Assembly: GCA_030390025.1 (NCBI GenBank)
Contig: CM059425.1
Coordinates: 169,572,001 to 169,636,000, forward strand
Reading direction: 5' to 3'
DNA: 64,000 nucleotides
Source of the DNA: Squalus acanthias
Taxonomy: Eukaryota
Shown here piece after piece: positions 50,303 to 62,528 of this stretch. Position 1 is the first letter of the stretch. Each line of letters starts with the position of its first letter. The notes under the pieces were generated by a model. That model searched no databases and was not told the origin of the DNA. It was given only the letters and a program-made list of their open reading frames with translations. Both the position numbers and the translations under genes were made by a program.

Positions 50303-51734
50303 GGGGTGAAATTCGATAATGCTGGTAAACGGGCACGGGCATGGGCACCTTGATGCGAGATTTGGTATACGGTATACTCATACGTTATTCTCCTCACATC
50401 CCACTTCCCCCTCATCCCACAATCTCTTCTGATTTACAAGCTGCACATGGTGCAAGCATGCACCTCTCGATTTAACCCCCTCCCCTTACCACAACTCTAC
50501 CCTTGTGCCTTCCTCATTTCAGACACCCAAGAAATCCAGCCTGCCAAGCCAGTGGTTGACCAAGAAGAGGGAGAGGAGAGTGAAGAAGAAACACAGTCAC
50601 TCGATGTCACACTCCCAGCCACCAGCTCCTCGAGGTTGTCGTGCAAGACCATCTGCAGTGTCCCCCACTGAAAGTCAACAGCCTTCCACCAGCCATGCCA
50701 CAGCCACTGCGGTAGCACTGCGCAACGTCACTGGGATCGGCAAAGGCACACACAAGACAGTCACTAAGGGAATGCACAAGGGTGATTAGTTGATTTTTTG
50801 ATGTAATATTGGATGCATATATGGATAAAGTTGGATTGGAAAGTTTGCTTTGTGGTGGCTTTTATTTTTATTGTGGTCAAAAGGACGTTATGATGGTCAG
50901 TAACAGAGGGAAGGTAAGGTGTGGGACAAATGTTGAAAGGGGAATTGGGGTTGTATTCACTGGTACCACAGGCAGATGATTCGATCCGGATATCCCAGCC
51001 AGAAAGGGGCTATCTGGGTTGCCTCCTTCCTTCCACTTCCTCCTCTTCTTCTCTTTCCTCTTCTGCTTTTTCCTCTTCTGCTTCCTCCTCTTCGTCATCC
51101 TCCTCCCTCTGCAAGCAGCTTGTCCCCTTTGCTGCCTCTGCTCCATCTCCATGTGATGCTGCAGCCCAAGGGGTACTGCAACTAGAGCCGCTAGGACTGG
51201 GAGCAAGTGGTGTTCTCAAAGGCCTTCGTTTAACAGCCAAAGCCTTGCAAGCGTCCAGCAGCAACCCCTGCACTCCCTGCACACTTTAACAACTTTTTAA
51301 ATGTATTGCACCAAGCCACTACTCCAATAAAATGTAAAGAAACCAGTCTAAAAGCAAAAATCTAAACTTACTTGAGAGTAGTGAGCGTCCCTTTAAGAAG
51401 TGCTGGCAGTGTCTCTGTTGCACACATGTTCTTCCGTGCGTGGTTAGGAGAGGGTGCTATTAAGAGCAGCGACGTCCAAAATATCAGATCGCCCATCAAT
51501 TCAGGTTATGCATCATAGCATCCTCTTGGCCACAATGCTGAAATTCTGATTGACGTCACGATCTGGATAATATAAATATCTGCAGCGAGCGCAGGCAACG
51601 GCAGCACTGCCGACCTGGACAAAATAAGGGCCGCCATGTTCTGCTTTGAAAGTGAGTGAAAGCGAGGCGGCCAGCATTTTTTCTTTCAAATCGGCCGTAA
51701 CGGCCAACGTTAAAGGCTCCAATTTCGCAGCCCC
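50303..51734. mobile_element. Harbinger-family deletion derivative
   Basis: Termini ggggtgaaattcg / caatttcgcagcccc. Retains Myb intron 2, part of exon 3 (KGMHKGD*) and both transposase ends. Confidence 0.82.
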
Positions 51735-53986
51735 ATACACATTTAGACGATACTGCAGGTGTTCAACTATTGTAAAGGCCTATCAATCATTTGCCAATAT
51801 CAGCTACTTTACCAGTTTCAGCTATATTCATTTTGAATTGTAAACAAGCTTGCATTACGCACTAATTACAGTTAGTTCAGAGAGCAAATGCATAATGCAG
51901 TGTGTAGCCTTGGTGATTTATCATCTGTTATCCTGCAGTCCTTACATTTTTCTTTGGGCACATGCCAGCACAGATTAGTATGTAGGTGGTACTGTATTGA
52001 TAAAACTTTGTAGAACCAAAGGTCTTTAAATTATGGTAACTAGAATTACAGGACAATCTCCAGCCAGTGAATTATCTGTCAACACTGTAAAGACCAGATA
52101 ACCTTCACATGAGTTTTTTCTGACAGGATGTCATTCAAATACCTGTTACAGAGGATAACAAGATTAGAAGCACTTTTGGAATCCCTTGTTATAAAATTTG
52201 TGACTGCATTAGACATTCTCTTGGGTTCAACAACACCAAACATTCTTATAAACAGACCCTGAGTTCCCTAAGATCAGGAGTTTACCTTTACTGTACAAAA
52301 TCTAGCCGTATGATAGCGTGATTCGGGGGTTGTTACAATTAAATCCTGCAGGAGCAGGAAATCTGAAAGAAAATAAAAAATGTTGGAAACACAATAGTTA
52401 GTATCTGTGGAGAGAACATAAGAACATAAGAAATAGGAGCAGGAGTAGGCCATTCGACCCCTCGAGCCTGCTCCGCCATTCAATAAGATCATGGCTGATC
52501 TTCTACCTCAACTCCACTTTCCTGCACTACCCCCATATCCCTTGATTCCCTTAATATCCAAAAATCTATCGATCTCTGTCTTGAATATACTCAACGACTG
52601 AGCCTCCACAGCCCTCTGGGGTAGAGAATTCCAAAGATTCACCACCCTCTGAGTGAAGAAATTTCTCCTCATCTCAGTCCTAAATGGCCGACCCCTTATT
52701 CTGAGACTGTGACCCCTGCTTTTAGACTCCCCAGCCAGGGGAAACATCCTCCCTGCATCTACCCTGTCAAACCCTGTAAGAATTTTGTATGTTTCAATGA
52801 GATCACCTCTCATTCGTCTAAACTCTAGAGAATATATTCCTAGTCTACTCAATCTGTCCTCATAGGACAAACCCCCCATCCCAGGAATCAGTCTGGTGAA
52901 CCTTTGTTGCACTCCCTCTATGGCAAGTATATCCTTCCTTAGGTAAGGAGACCAAAACTGTACACAGTACTCCAGGTGTGGTCTCACCAGGTCCCTATAT
53001 AATTGCAGTAAGACATCTTTACTCTTATACTCAAATCCTCTTGTAGTAAAGGCCAACATACCATTTGCTTTCTTAATTGCTTGCTGTACCTGCATGTTAA
53101 CTTTCAGTGATTCGTGTACAAGGACACCCAGGTCCCTCTGAACACCAACATTTCCCAATCTCTCACCATTTAGAAAATACTCTGCTTTTCTATTTTTCCT
53201 ACCAAAGTAGATAACTTCACATTTCTCCACATTATATTCCATTTGCCATGTTCTTGCCCACTCACTTAGCCTGTCTATATCCCCTTGAAGCCTCTTTGCA
53301 TCCTCCTCACAACTTACATTCCCACCTAGCTTTGTATCATCAGCAAACTTGGATATATTACATTTGGTCCCCTCATCCAAATCATTGATATAGATTGTGA
53401 ATAGCCGAGGCCCAAGCACTGATCCTTGCGGTACCCGACTAGTTACAGTCTGCCAACCCGAAAATGACCAGTTTATTCCTACTCTTTGTTTTCTGTCCGT
53501 TAACCAATCCTCAATCCATGCTAGTATATTACCCCCAATCCCATGAGCCCTAATTTTGTTTAATAACCTCTTGTGTGGCACCTTATCGAATGCCTTCTGA
53601 AAATTCAAATACACCACATCCACTGGTTCCCCCTTATCTATTCTGCTAGTTGCTAACGGGTCTGTAGTTCCCTGATTCTCTCTCCCTCCTTTCTTAAATA
53701 GTGGGGTTACATTTGCTACCTTTCAATCCGTGGGAACCATTCTAGAATCAATGGAATTTTGGAAGATGACAACCAATGCATCCACTATCTCTATAGCCAC
53801 CTCTTTGAAAACACTAGGATGTAGGCCATCAGGTTCAGGGGATTTATTGGCTTTCAGTCCCATTAATTTCCCCAGTACTATATTTTTCCCAATACTAATT
53901 TCTTTCAGTTCCTCATTCTTGCTACACCCTTGATTCTTCACTATTTCCGGGAGTTTTTTTGTATCTTCTTCCATGAAGACAGACAC

Positions 53987-56340
53987 TTGAGCCGCGATTT
54001 TACCGCCACTCAGAGGGCGGGTTCGGAGGCGGGTCAGCTGTTAAATTCGCAATGATTGACGGCAGGTTGGAAACCCGCCGCGATCCCGCCTCTGTGTGAG
54101 TTTCAATAGTGTCGGGTCTGCGATTTCACAACAGACACGACACCAAGCGGCATGTGAGGGAGTTAAGGCACTTAACTTCGTGTTAAGTGATTGTTAACTG
54201 CTATTTTGAGAGCCTTTTCCTATTTTCCAACATTTTCAACGGGTTTCACGACATTCGGAGGTCACGCCAGGTAAGTGTGTTGGGAGGGCCAACGAGCTGG
54301 ATAGTTCACAGCTGCAACTGCAGTCTAAAAGCTGCTCTCAATTTCAAATGTTAGAGGTTGTTGATTTCATGATTTGGGAGACAAATTCTGTCTTGAGGCT
54401 GTAAGTGTGTGGTGTTAACTCTATATCCACTGTCACCTGTATTGCTGGATATAAAAGGCTCCCTCACCCTTCACTGTGCCACCTCAAATTGTGAACACAT
54501 ATGGCAACGATGTCAAACATTCATACAACATTAATTTATTCCAACAGAATAAAAGAACAGAAACTTAACATTGAATTCTAGCAGAACACACAAGTGAGTA
54601 CTCTTGTGATTATTTATGTGTCAGCTTTCTCTTATGCATTCTTCTACATGGTGCTACCTTTGTGGCTTCAGCAGATGTTAGGACAGCCTGCTCACTTCCC
54701 TGCTGCACCTGCTTGCACACCTTTGGCGGTCGTCCTCTGGGTTTTGGAGCCTGTGAAGGCCCCGCCAAAGTCTGCTCCTCCTGCGGCTGCACAGGGGCAG
54801 ACTCGGCCATCACTGCTCGGGGAGTCATCTGGGGCTCTGACCGAGGGGTTGGCAAAGGGATGGAAATATGAGCGCTTGGAGAGGAGCCCCCACTTGCATG
54901 TCGCCTCCCACCATCATCCCTCTCATGGGCCACCTGCAGTTCTCTGCTAGCAAGTAGCTGGAGAGCACCTTGCTGCACATCAATGGGGCCATGAGGACCC
55001 GTCTCTGTACTGACAGTCCTCATAATGGGGGCGTCCATGTACCTTTGGTTCCTCTCCATGATAGATGCTCATCTATCCTCCAGAGCTGAACATCTATTTC
55101 GAAGAGTCACCATGCTCATTTTCCATGGCGGTACCTACATCCGCCATTGCGTGCACCATGGCTTTGCTCATGTTTAAGATGGACTCCTCCATTCTCTGCA
55201 CACTCGCAGTCACCGTGGTTGCAAATCCTGTCAGAGCCTCCTGCACTTGTTCCTGAAGCTCCAGCACCACTCTCTTTCTGGATGGCCCCTGAGACTCAGT
55301 GTTTACATGCAGCAGAGCAGAGCTAGGACCGTCCTGCGGCTTCTGATGAGGACTCTCCACTGCTGTCCCTGTCTCCACCATCTGCTCTTGCTCATTTGTG
55401 AATTGTGATACACCAGGTGACAACACTACTTTATCTCGCAAACGGCCCACCGAGGTGTGCGTCTCTGCACTGGTGCTGGGTGCGCTCATTTCTGCTAACG
55501 CTGCTCCTTCAGAGGACGCAGCATCCTCTAAGGAGTCCTCCTGCTCTTCCTCCTGGACAGCAGGGAGGGAGGCTCTTGATGGTCCTGTGGGAGAGTAAAG
55601 ACATGAGTTAGACATGTGATATTAAGATTGCAGACACATCCCATTGTGCACATGATGAGCATTCAAATTCAATTGACATCTCATCCTATATGTGTCACTC
55701 ATGAAAGCCAAATAAGATGAATAGAAAAGCATTCCGTCACCAGGTTGGTCTACTGAGCCCATCTCTCCGTCCCCCACTTCGAGCTGTTTCATTGATTCCG
55801 CAATGTCGAGAGCGGCTTCCTCAGCGTGGGTGAGCTGTGAGAAGGATAGTGGTCCTCCTCCTGTTCTCTTCCTCTCCCTCTTATTGTGGGCTCTCTTTTC
55901 CTGCAATGAGGGAAAGAAGTGGAGTTTCAGTGAGAGTGATGGAATGAGTGTAAAGAATGGATAGGATAGATGTTTAGAGGGATACTGTGATGGAGTGGGT
56001 TCCTATTACCAAGTTCCCTCCTTTTGAGTTGTTAGTTGTTGTCATTGCATAACATTAAGGGTGGGTGTGAGGGGTGCATAGTAAGCACTCAGGAGCATCA
56101 GAAACGACATCAGATCTTATTGTGAAATGGCCCTCTTAAATATGCTGGCTGCAAACGCGTCAGCAGAGCAGCTCAGCAGACCCGCACCTTGTGATCAGGG
56201 TGGGTAACGCATGCAGCGGGCTTAATGAGCCCAATTAACGTAAAATTGTGTCAGCAGGCCGGCTGGAGCCGACAGCGGGACCGGAACCTGCCGACTAACG
56301 TTCCCGACGCCAACCCGCCTCAAAGCAGAAAATCGGGGCC
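53987..56340 (-). mobile_element. Harbinger-type element of a second family carrying Myb/SANT-gene exons
   Basis: Splits the LINE at agacac|aaagta. TIR-like ends gagccgcgatttt / aaaatcggggcc. Contains exon ttgcag|EKRAHNKRERKRTGGGP...EEAAL and a Ser/Glu-rich last exon to 54610. Confidence 0.78.
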
Positions 56341-57289
56341 AAAGTATTTGTTTAATTTCTCCGCCATTTCCTTATTCCCCATTATAATTTCTCCTGTCTC
56401 AGCCTATAAGGGACCCACATTTACTTTCACTAATTTTTTCCTTTTTACATACCTATAGAAGCTTTTACAGTCTGTTTTGATGTCTCTCACTAGTTTACTC
56501 TCATATTCTCTTTTCCCTTTCTTTATCAATTTCTTGGTCCTCCTTTGTTGAATTCTAAAATCCTCCCAATCCTCAGGCTTACTGCTCTTTTTGGCAATAT
56601 TATAAGCCTCTTCCTTTGATCTAATATTATCTTTAGCTTCTCTTGTTAGACAGGGTTGGATCACTTTTCCTGTGGGTTTTTTGTGCCTTAAAGGAATGTA
56701 TATTTGTTGTAAATTATGTATTAATTCTTTAAATGCTAGCCATTGCTTGTCTACCTTCATACCTTTTAATGTAGTTTCCCAATCTACCTTAGCCAACTCG
56801 CCTCTCATACCTACATAGTTTGCTTTGATTAGATTTAAGACCCTAGTTTTGGATTTAACTAAATCACTTACAAACTTAATATAAAATTCTATCATATTAT
56901 GGTCAGTCTTCCCTGAGGGCCCCTTTACCACAAGGTTATTAATTAACCCTTTCTCATTGCACAATACTAGATCTAAACTAGCCTGTTCCCTAATTGGTTT
57001 CTCAACATACTGATCCAGAAAACTATCTTGTATACATTCCATGAATTCGTCCTCCACATTATTACTGCAAATTTGGTTTGCCCAGTCTATATGTAGATTA
57101 AAGTCCCCCATGATTATTGTATTACCCTTGTTACATGCACCTCTAATTTCCTGATTTATACTCTGCCCTACATTACAACTACTGTTTGGGGGCCTATAAA
57201 CAACTCCCACCAATGTTTTCTGCCACTTGCTGTTTCTTAGTTCCACCCAAACTGATTCTACTTCTTGATTTTTGGAGCTAAGATCCTTT

Positions 57290-58013
57290 GGGCTAAAAAT
57301 TGAGTAGCGCCCCATTTGGGGCACTAACTTCGCCGGGGCTCTACTTTTAGCACCCCGGAAAAATTAGCGCCCCCGTGCCGGAAATTGAGTGGTTGCACCC
57401 CAAGAGAGAAGCAGGGTGCTACTGAAAGCACCCCACCTCCCTCTTGGGGCGCTGGGAGTGAATATCGCAGCGCTACGTGCCGTGGTATTGCAGGCCTTCC
57501 TCCCCTTCTTAAAGGGGAGGGGTCTTGCGCAGCGCAACCCAGGGCCCAGCTGGGCCCCCGGGGATCGGGAGTGCCGGCAAAAGAGCCCGGCACTCAAGAG
57601 AAGTGCCAGGCTCTTGGAGTGCAGCTGGCACTCCGCGGGGAGGGGCCATTCAGGAGGCCGGGGACGGGAGCGCAGGCAGGTGCTGGCAGGCAGCCCGCAA
57701 CAAAAATGGCCACCCCGGACCTCGCCTTTAAATTGTGCCTCCCCGGCCGCAGGTAGGCCCCCCTGACCCCGTTGGACATAGCATCTGGCGGTAAGTCAGG
57801 GGGCGCTCCCAAAGATTGCGAGCGGGGCGCTGCGCACGGCGATGACGTTATCACCGGCGGCGCAGCGCCGCGGGGTGCTACCGGTTAGCGCCGCTGCTAA
57901 CCTCCCGCTGAATTTCGCGGGAGGCGTGGGCGGTGCTGCGCCCAGGCGCTAGTTGCTTTGCGCCCCGTTAGCGCCCTCTTATGGGAGGTGCAAAGCAACC
58001 CAATTTTTCCCCC
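57290..58013. mobile_element. GC-rich Harbinger/Tourist-like MITE
   Basis: TIRs gggctaaaaattg / caatttttccccc and TSD TTT (57287-57289, 58014-58016). Related to 6149-6876. Confidence 0.88.
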
Positions 58014-59591
58014 TTTCTCTCTACTGTCTTTATCCCATCCTTTATTATCAAGGCTACCCCTCCTCCTTTTACATTTTGCCTATGTCTTCTAAAAGTTAAG
58101 CATCCTGGAATATTTAGTTCCCAACCTTTCTCACTTTGCAACCCTGTCTCCGTAATAGCTATTAGATCAAAACTATTAATTTCTATCTGCACTATTAATT
58201 CATCTATTTTGTTGCGAATGCTTCGCGCATTCAGATATAGTGCTTTTAGCTTTGGCTTTTTTCTATTTTCCCCTGATATCACCTTAGTCACTGATGCCCT
58301 ATTACCTTTGTTACCCTCTCTATCCCTTCCTGACCCACTCTGCTTATTTTTACCCAAAACTCTACTCTGCTCTGGAGCCTTGACAAGTTGACATTTCTGG
58401 TACACTCTTGATGATGGACATTGAAGCCCCCACTACATTTCCAGCATTTTCTGTTTTTATTGTATGGGAATGTTTGCTTGAATGTTTGTAACAAACTTTT
58501 ATTGTCTCGGGTTGATGTAATACGCAGAAAGCAATATTCTTTTAGATTGAATTCTAATTCATGTTTCCAGAAGCTGTATGTTATGGATTTAATCCCTTGT
58601 GAACAAAATTTAACTTAATATCAACATCTTGATATAAATGACCCAAAATGCATCCTAGGTTAAATAGTCAAAAATCCCAAAATGTGATACCCCTGAAGAG
58701 GTCGTATGAAGATCTTATTGATAGAAAATATTATAAAGGCCAACAAACAGTCAGTATCTGAGATGTTCTTTATCAGGCTGCATCTACAGAATTGTAAGTT
58801 GTCTTTTTAGCATTTCATCTTTGTGTGTGAAATTTCTCCACTAGCAATATTTCAGTGACATGTTACCCATTGTATGTTGCTATTGGAAATATCTTATCAA
58901 AAATTCTGAAATTGTTACCAACAGACATTCTGCTTTGTACCTACAAGAAACTATGGAACAGCAGTCGGCATCTACAGAACTGTTGAGACATCTAACATTT
59001 AACCACCGGTTCAACATTCAGAATACCGCCATAAAAAAGATTCTGCAATAAAAAATCAATTTCATCAAACTCTGTCAAGTTAAAAAAAAATCACTCAATA
59101 ATCTCTGGAATGTATCCAAATGTAAACAGAAATTATTACCAACTGCTTCAGTTGAATTTCGTACAGCTGGTAAAGGTCCAAGATACCAGACTGAAATTCC
59201 TAAAGTAATTACTCTTCAAGAACCACTTCGTGAAATTTCAAAGTAAAAAGAAACCATTATACCAAGTATTTACTTTCCATGATTAATATAACTAAGCAGA
59301 ACAAATTGTGTCAAGATAAAAAAGGAAACTGAGTGTCCCTAGTATTTTAAATACTTTTCATGCATATTTGTGTACATGTACTTTAGGGATGTCTATTATA
59401 CGGAGAGGAACATTCATATTAAGGGGTTACATTTTTGTTTTCAGCACTTCCAATGCAGAACTCCAAGTGTTGCAAACACATATCAGAAATGTGAGCAGGA
59501 ATTACACTCCATTTGGAATGTCAAAGATGATAATTTATCTGATGGTTGGTTTATTGATATCACAATCCATAAGAGTTTTCTGGATCTTCTG

Positions 59592-59830
59592 AAAAAAAAC
59601 CCAGAAATTGCTGGAAATACACAGCAGATCAGTCAGGATCTTAAAGAGAAGTTAATGTTTCAGTTTGGGCCCTTCATCAGAACCGTGCATTTTACTCAAG
59701 GACCTTAAAATGCTGAGATGTCCTTCAATACATGCCGCTGTGTTGCATTCCAACTTTATTCTTTTAGATTAGTTGTAATGAAGGGTCCCACCTCAAATGT
59801 TAACCTATTTTTCTCCTTCAGATTAATGTT
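59592..59830. mobile_element. Old Penelope-like foldback relic
   Basis: Minus-strand terminus with gttCTGATGAagggcccaaactGAAACattaac (59651-59683) and a degenerate plus-strand mate (taatgaagggtcccacctcaaatgttaac, 59776-59804). Confidence 0.6.
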
Positions 59831-60608
59831 TCTGATAACCATAAAGACTAGTATCGTGAAAGCTTACAGTTGGAAAACATTTAAGCTATCATCCTTCAAT
59901 ACACAGGATTGATCTTCGCCTAGTCGCTCATTAAGAGTACCACACAGCACTAACCTATCTTTTATCCTAAACCAAAGACTGAAAAGAGAGGAAAAATTAA
60001 AACAAAATCTAAATTCAGGAAAATACCCTCCCTTCCCCGAAAAATAAAATCAATTTGAATTTTGCAAGTGAAGTACAGGAATGTCTGCATTTGTTTTCTC
60101 TTAACGAGAATGAATTGATTATGGAATGCTCAAGTGCACACGATGCATATTGATTTGCTAGTGCGTATAAATTTCCTCCCAGCAGACACCCTTGTGCTGG
60201 TGACATTTTTACACTGGATTGCTACCCATTTAATCACAATGACCTAGAGCAGTGGTCACAAAAAAATTTAAATTGCTTCAGTTTATCACAGCTCTGGATC
60301 ATTGGAACTGAACTTATTTGATGCGTTTCCCTGAGGTATGTCAGTTTGAAAGCCTACATGCACCAGTGCTTGTACTTCTGAAAAAGGTTATTTTTAAAGT
60401 CTATGAATAATGACAGGTATTCCTGCGGTTGGCACAAAGCAGTGGGTGGTGGATTATAATTAAAATGCTTACCATGTGCTGCATACTTCACAAAGATATT
60501 CCTCCACTATCTATCTGAATTGATGCGGAGATGCCGGCGTTGGACTGGGGTGGACAAAAATGAGAAGTCGCACAACACCAGGTTATAGTCCAACAGATTT
60601 ATTTAAAA

Positions 60609-60648
60609 TTACAAGCTTTCGGAGCTATCCTGCCCCTTCTTCAGGTAA
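60609..60648 (-). ncRNA. Mirror copy of the minimal hammerhead ribozyme
   Basis: Exact reverse complement of 62049-62088. Confidence 0.72.
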
Positions 60649-61070
60649 AGTTACACTGAGTGAATCTACAAAAGTTCATAGAATATAAACACAGATACTA
60701 CAGAGATACAATCTTTCCTTACATCAAAGACACACCAAGAGCACAGCCAAGACAATGAGATGTGTCCCAGGGGGTCCAACGTGTCAAATCCTGCTGACTG
60801 CAGCAGATCTCTCTCCATATCCCTTCCTCTCTCTCCATCTTTTTAGGGGTTTGTTTTTTGTGTTTGTTTTTTTGTGTTTGTTTTTTAAAAAACTGGAAAG
60901 ACAGACAACAATGTCAAGTCACGTTCTGTTCCATGACATGAACCCGATATCCCTATTGAGGCCGTCCTCATGAGTGCGGAACTTGGCTATCAGTTTCTGC
61001 TCGATGATTTTGCGTTGTCGTGTGTCTCGAAGGCCGCCTTGGAGAACGCTAACCCGCAGATCCGAGGCTG

Positions 61071-61778
61071 TTCCGACGGGCCACAGCGAAAAACCGCATA
61101 GACCTCCTCAGAAGGCGAACACGGGACACAACCAACAGAGTACCCTACGTCGTCCAGTACTTCCCCGGAGCGGAGAAACTATGCCATGTTCTTTGCAGCT
61201 TTCAACATGTCATCGATGACGACGAACACCTCGCTAAGGCCATCCCCACGCCTCCACTACTCGCCTTCAAGCAGCCGCCTAACCTCAAAAGTACCATCGT
61301 CCGCAGCAAATTACCCAGCTGTCAGGAGAACAGCGACCACGACACCACACAACCCTGCCACGGCAACCTCTGCAAGACATGCCAGATCATGAACACAGAT
61401 ACCGTCATCACACGTGAGGACACTACCCACCAGGTACATGGTACATACTCATGTGACTCGGCCAACGTTGTCTACCTGATACGTTGCAGGAAAGGATGCC
61501 CCAGAGCATGGTACATCGGCGAGACCATGCAGACACTGAGACAACGTATGAACGGACACCGCGCAACAATTGCCAGGCAGGATAGTTGCCTCCCAGTCGG
61601 GGAACACTTCAGCAGTCAAGGGCATTCAGCCTCGGATCTGCGGGTTAGCGTTCTCCAAGGTGGCCTTCGAGACACACGACAACGCAAAATCATCGAGCAG
61701 AAACTGATAGCCAAGTTCCGCACTCATGAGGACGGCCTCAATAGGGATATCGGGTTCATGTCACGCTATAGAACGTGA
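61071..61778 (+). CDS. C-terminal part of PLE polyprotein: Cys-rich linker plus GIY-YIG endonuclease (5'-truncated)
   Basis: Open from the inversion junction. Motifs PCHGNLCKTC, NVVYLIRCRKGC, WYIGETMQTLRQRMNGH, VGEHF, EQKLI and GLNRD. Confidence 0.9.
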   Translation, partial: FRRATAKNRIDLLRRRTRDTTNRVPYVVQYFPGAEKLCHVLCSFQHVIDDDEHLAKAIPTPPLLAFKQPPNLKSTIVRSKLPSCQENSDHDTTQPCHGNLCKTCQIMNTDTVITREDTTHQVHGTYSCDSANVVYLIRCRKGCPRAWYIGETMQTLRQRMNGHRATIARQDSCLPVGEHFSSQGHSASDLRVSVLQGGLRDTRQRKIIEQKLIAKFRTHEDGLNRDIGFMSRYRT

Positions 61779-62048
61779 CTTGACATCGTTGTCTGTCTTT
61801 CCAGTTTTTTAAAAAACAAACACAAAAAAACAAACACAAAAAACAAACCCCTAAAAAGACGGAGAGAGAGGAAGGGATATGGAGAGAGATCTGCTGCAGT
61901 CAGCAGGATTTGACACGTTGGACCCCCTGGGACACATCTCATTGTCTTGGCTGTGCTCTTGGTGTGTCTTTGATGTAAGGAAAGATTGTATCTCTGTAGT
62001 ATCTGTGTTTATATTCTATGAACTTTTGTAGATTCACTCAGTGTAACT

Positions 62049-62088
62049 TTACCTGAAGAAGGGGCAGGATAGCTCCGAAAGCTTGTAA
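62049..62088 (+). ncRNA. Minimal type I hammerhead ribozyme in the PLE pseudo-LTR
   Basis: ttac-CTGAAGA-a-ggggc-aggata-gctcc-GAAA-gc-tt-gtaa: stem I ttac/gtaa, stem II ggggc/gctcc, and a palindromic aagctt stem III. Confidence 0.75.
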
Positions 62089-62528
62089 TTTTAAATAAAT
62101 CTGTTGGACTATAACCAGGTGTTGTGCGACTTCTCATTTTTATCTGAATTGAGTGTATGCAGGCATATGATGGAATAACTTAATAACACAAACTGAACAT
62201 AGCTGTATTTCTGACAACATGGTCAAGTGCTCCATAGCCATTCAATTATTTGGTTCTTGGAATAGTTAACAGGTGACTTGTGTAACTTTCAAAATATGCA
62301 AAAGATTGATATTAACAAATATGTTTTCTGTGAGCTTTCAATGTTGAATGTTGTAAAGTAGATTTAAAGAAGTAGTTGAACTATATGGACATTTATTAAT
62401 TCATTGTTCAGATGAACATAGTTACAATAAATTTTGTTATTCACAAAAGTCGTCATAGCTATGCAGAATGAGGGGTCAATAAATTTCAGAATTTGAACCT
62501 GTTACCTTATACAACAACAAAAACTTAC

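Larger units (their letters stand above)
52415..58385 (-). mobile_element. CR1 LINE ORF2 (APE to 3' tail) with an internal deletion and two nested DNA elements
   Basis: LKALYLNARSIRNK at about 58240, a 306-aa APE/tether ORF, a 371-aa RT ORF, a deletion near 53652 and a (ttcttatg)n tail. Confidence 0.95.
60524..62140 (+). mobile_element. Penelope-like element (Neptune-type), 5'-truncated with inverted pseudo-LTR
   Basis: TSD tatctgaattga (60512-60523, 62141-62152), inverted arms 60556-61070 and 61627-62141, a 32-nt extension at 60524-60555, and a GIY-YIG ORF. Confidence 0.93.

Noticed and set aside
51947..52040. Minus-strand exon-like segment (YHNLKTFGSTKFYQYSTTYILICAGMCPKKN)
   Set aside because: A 31-codon open frame between AG and GT is readily expected by chance, and there is no supporting homology.
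57290..58013. CpG-island promoter
   Set aside because: It is bounded by TIRs and a TSD inside a LINE, so the GC richness belongs to a MITE.
58630..59250. Plus-strand coding-looking stretch
   Set aside because: All frames contain multiple stops and no motif was recognised.
60473..60506. Micro-exon WRNIFVKYAAH with a gtaagc donor next to the PLE insertion
   Set aside because: The acceptor is weak and the segment is too short to distinguish from chance.
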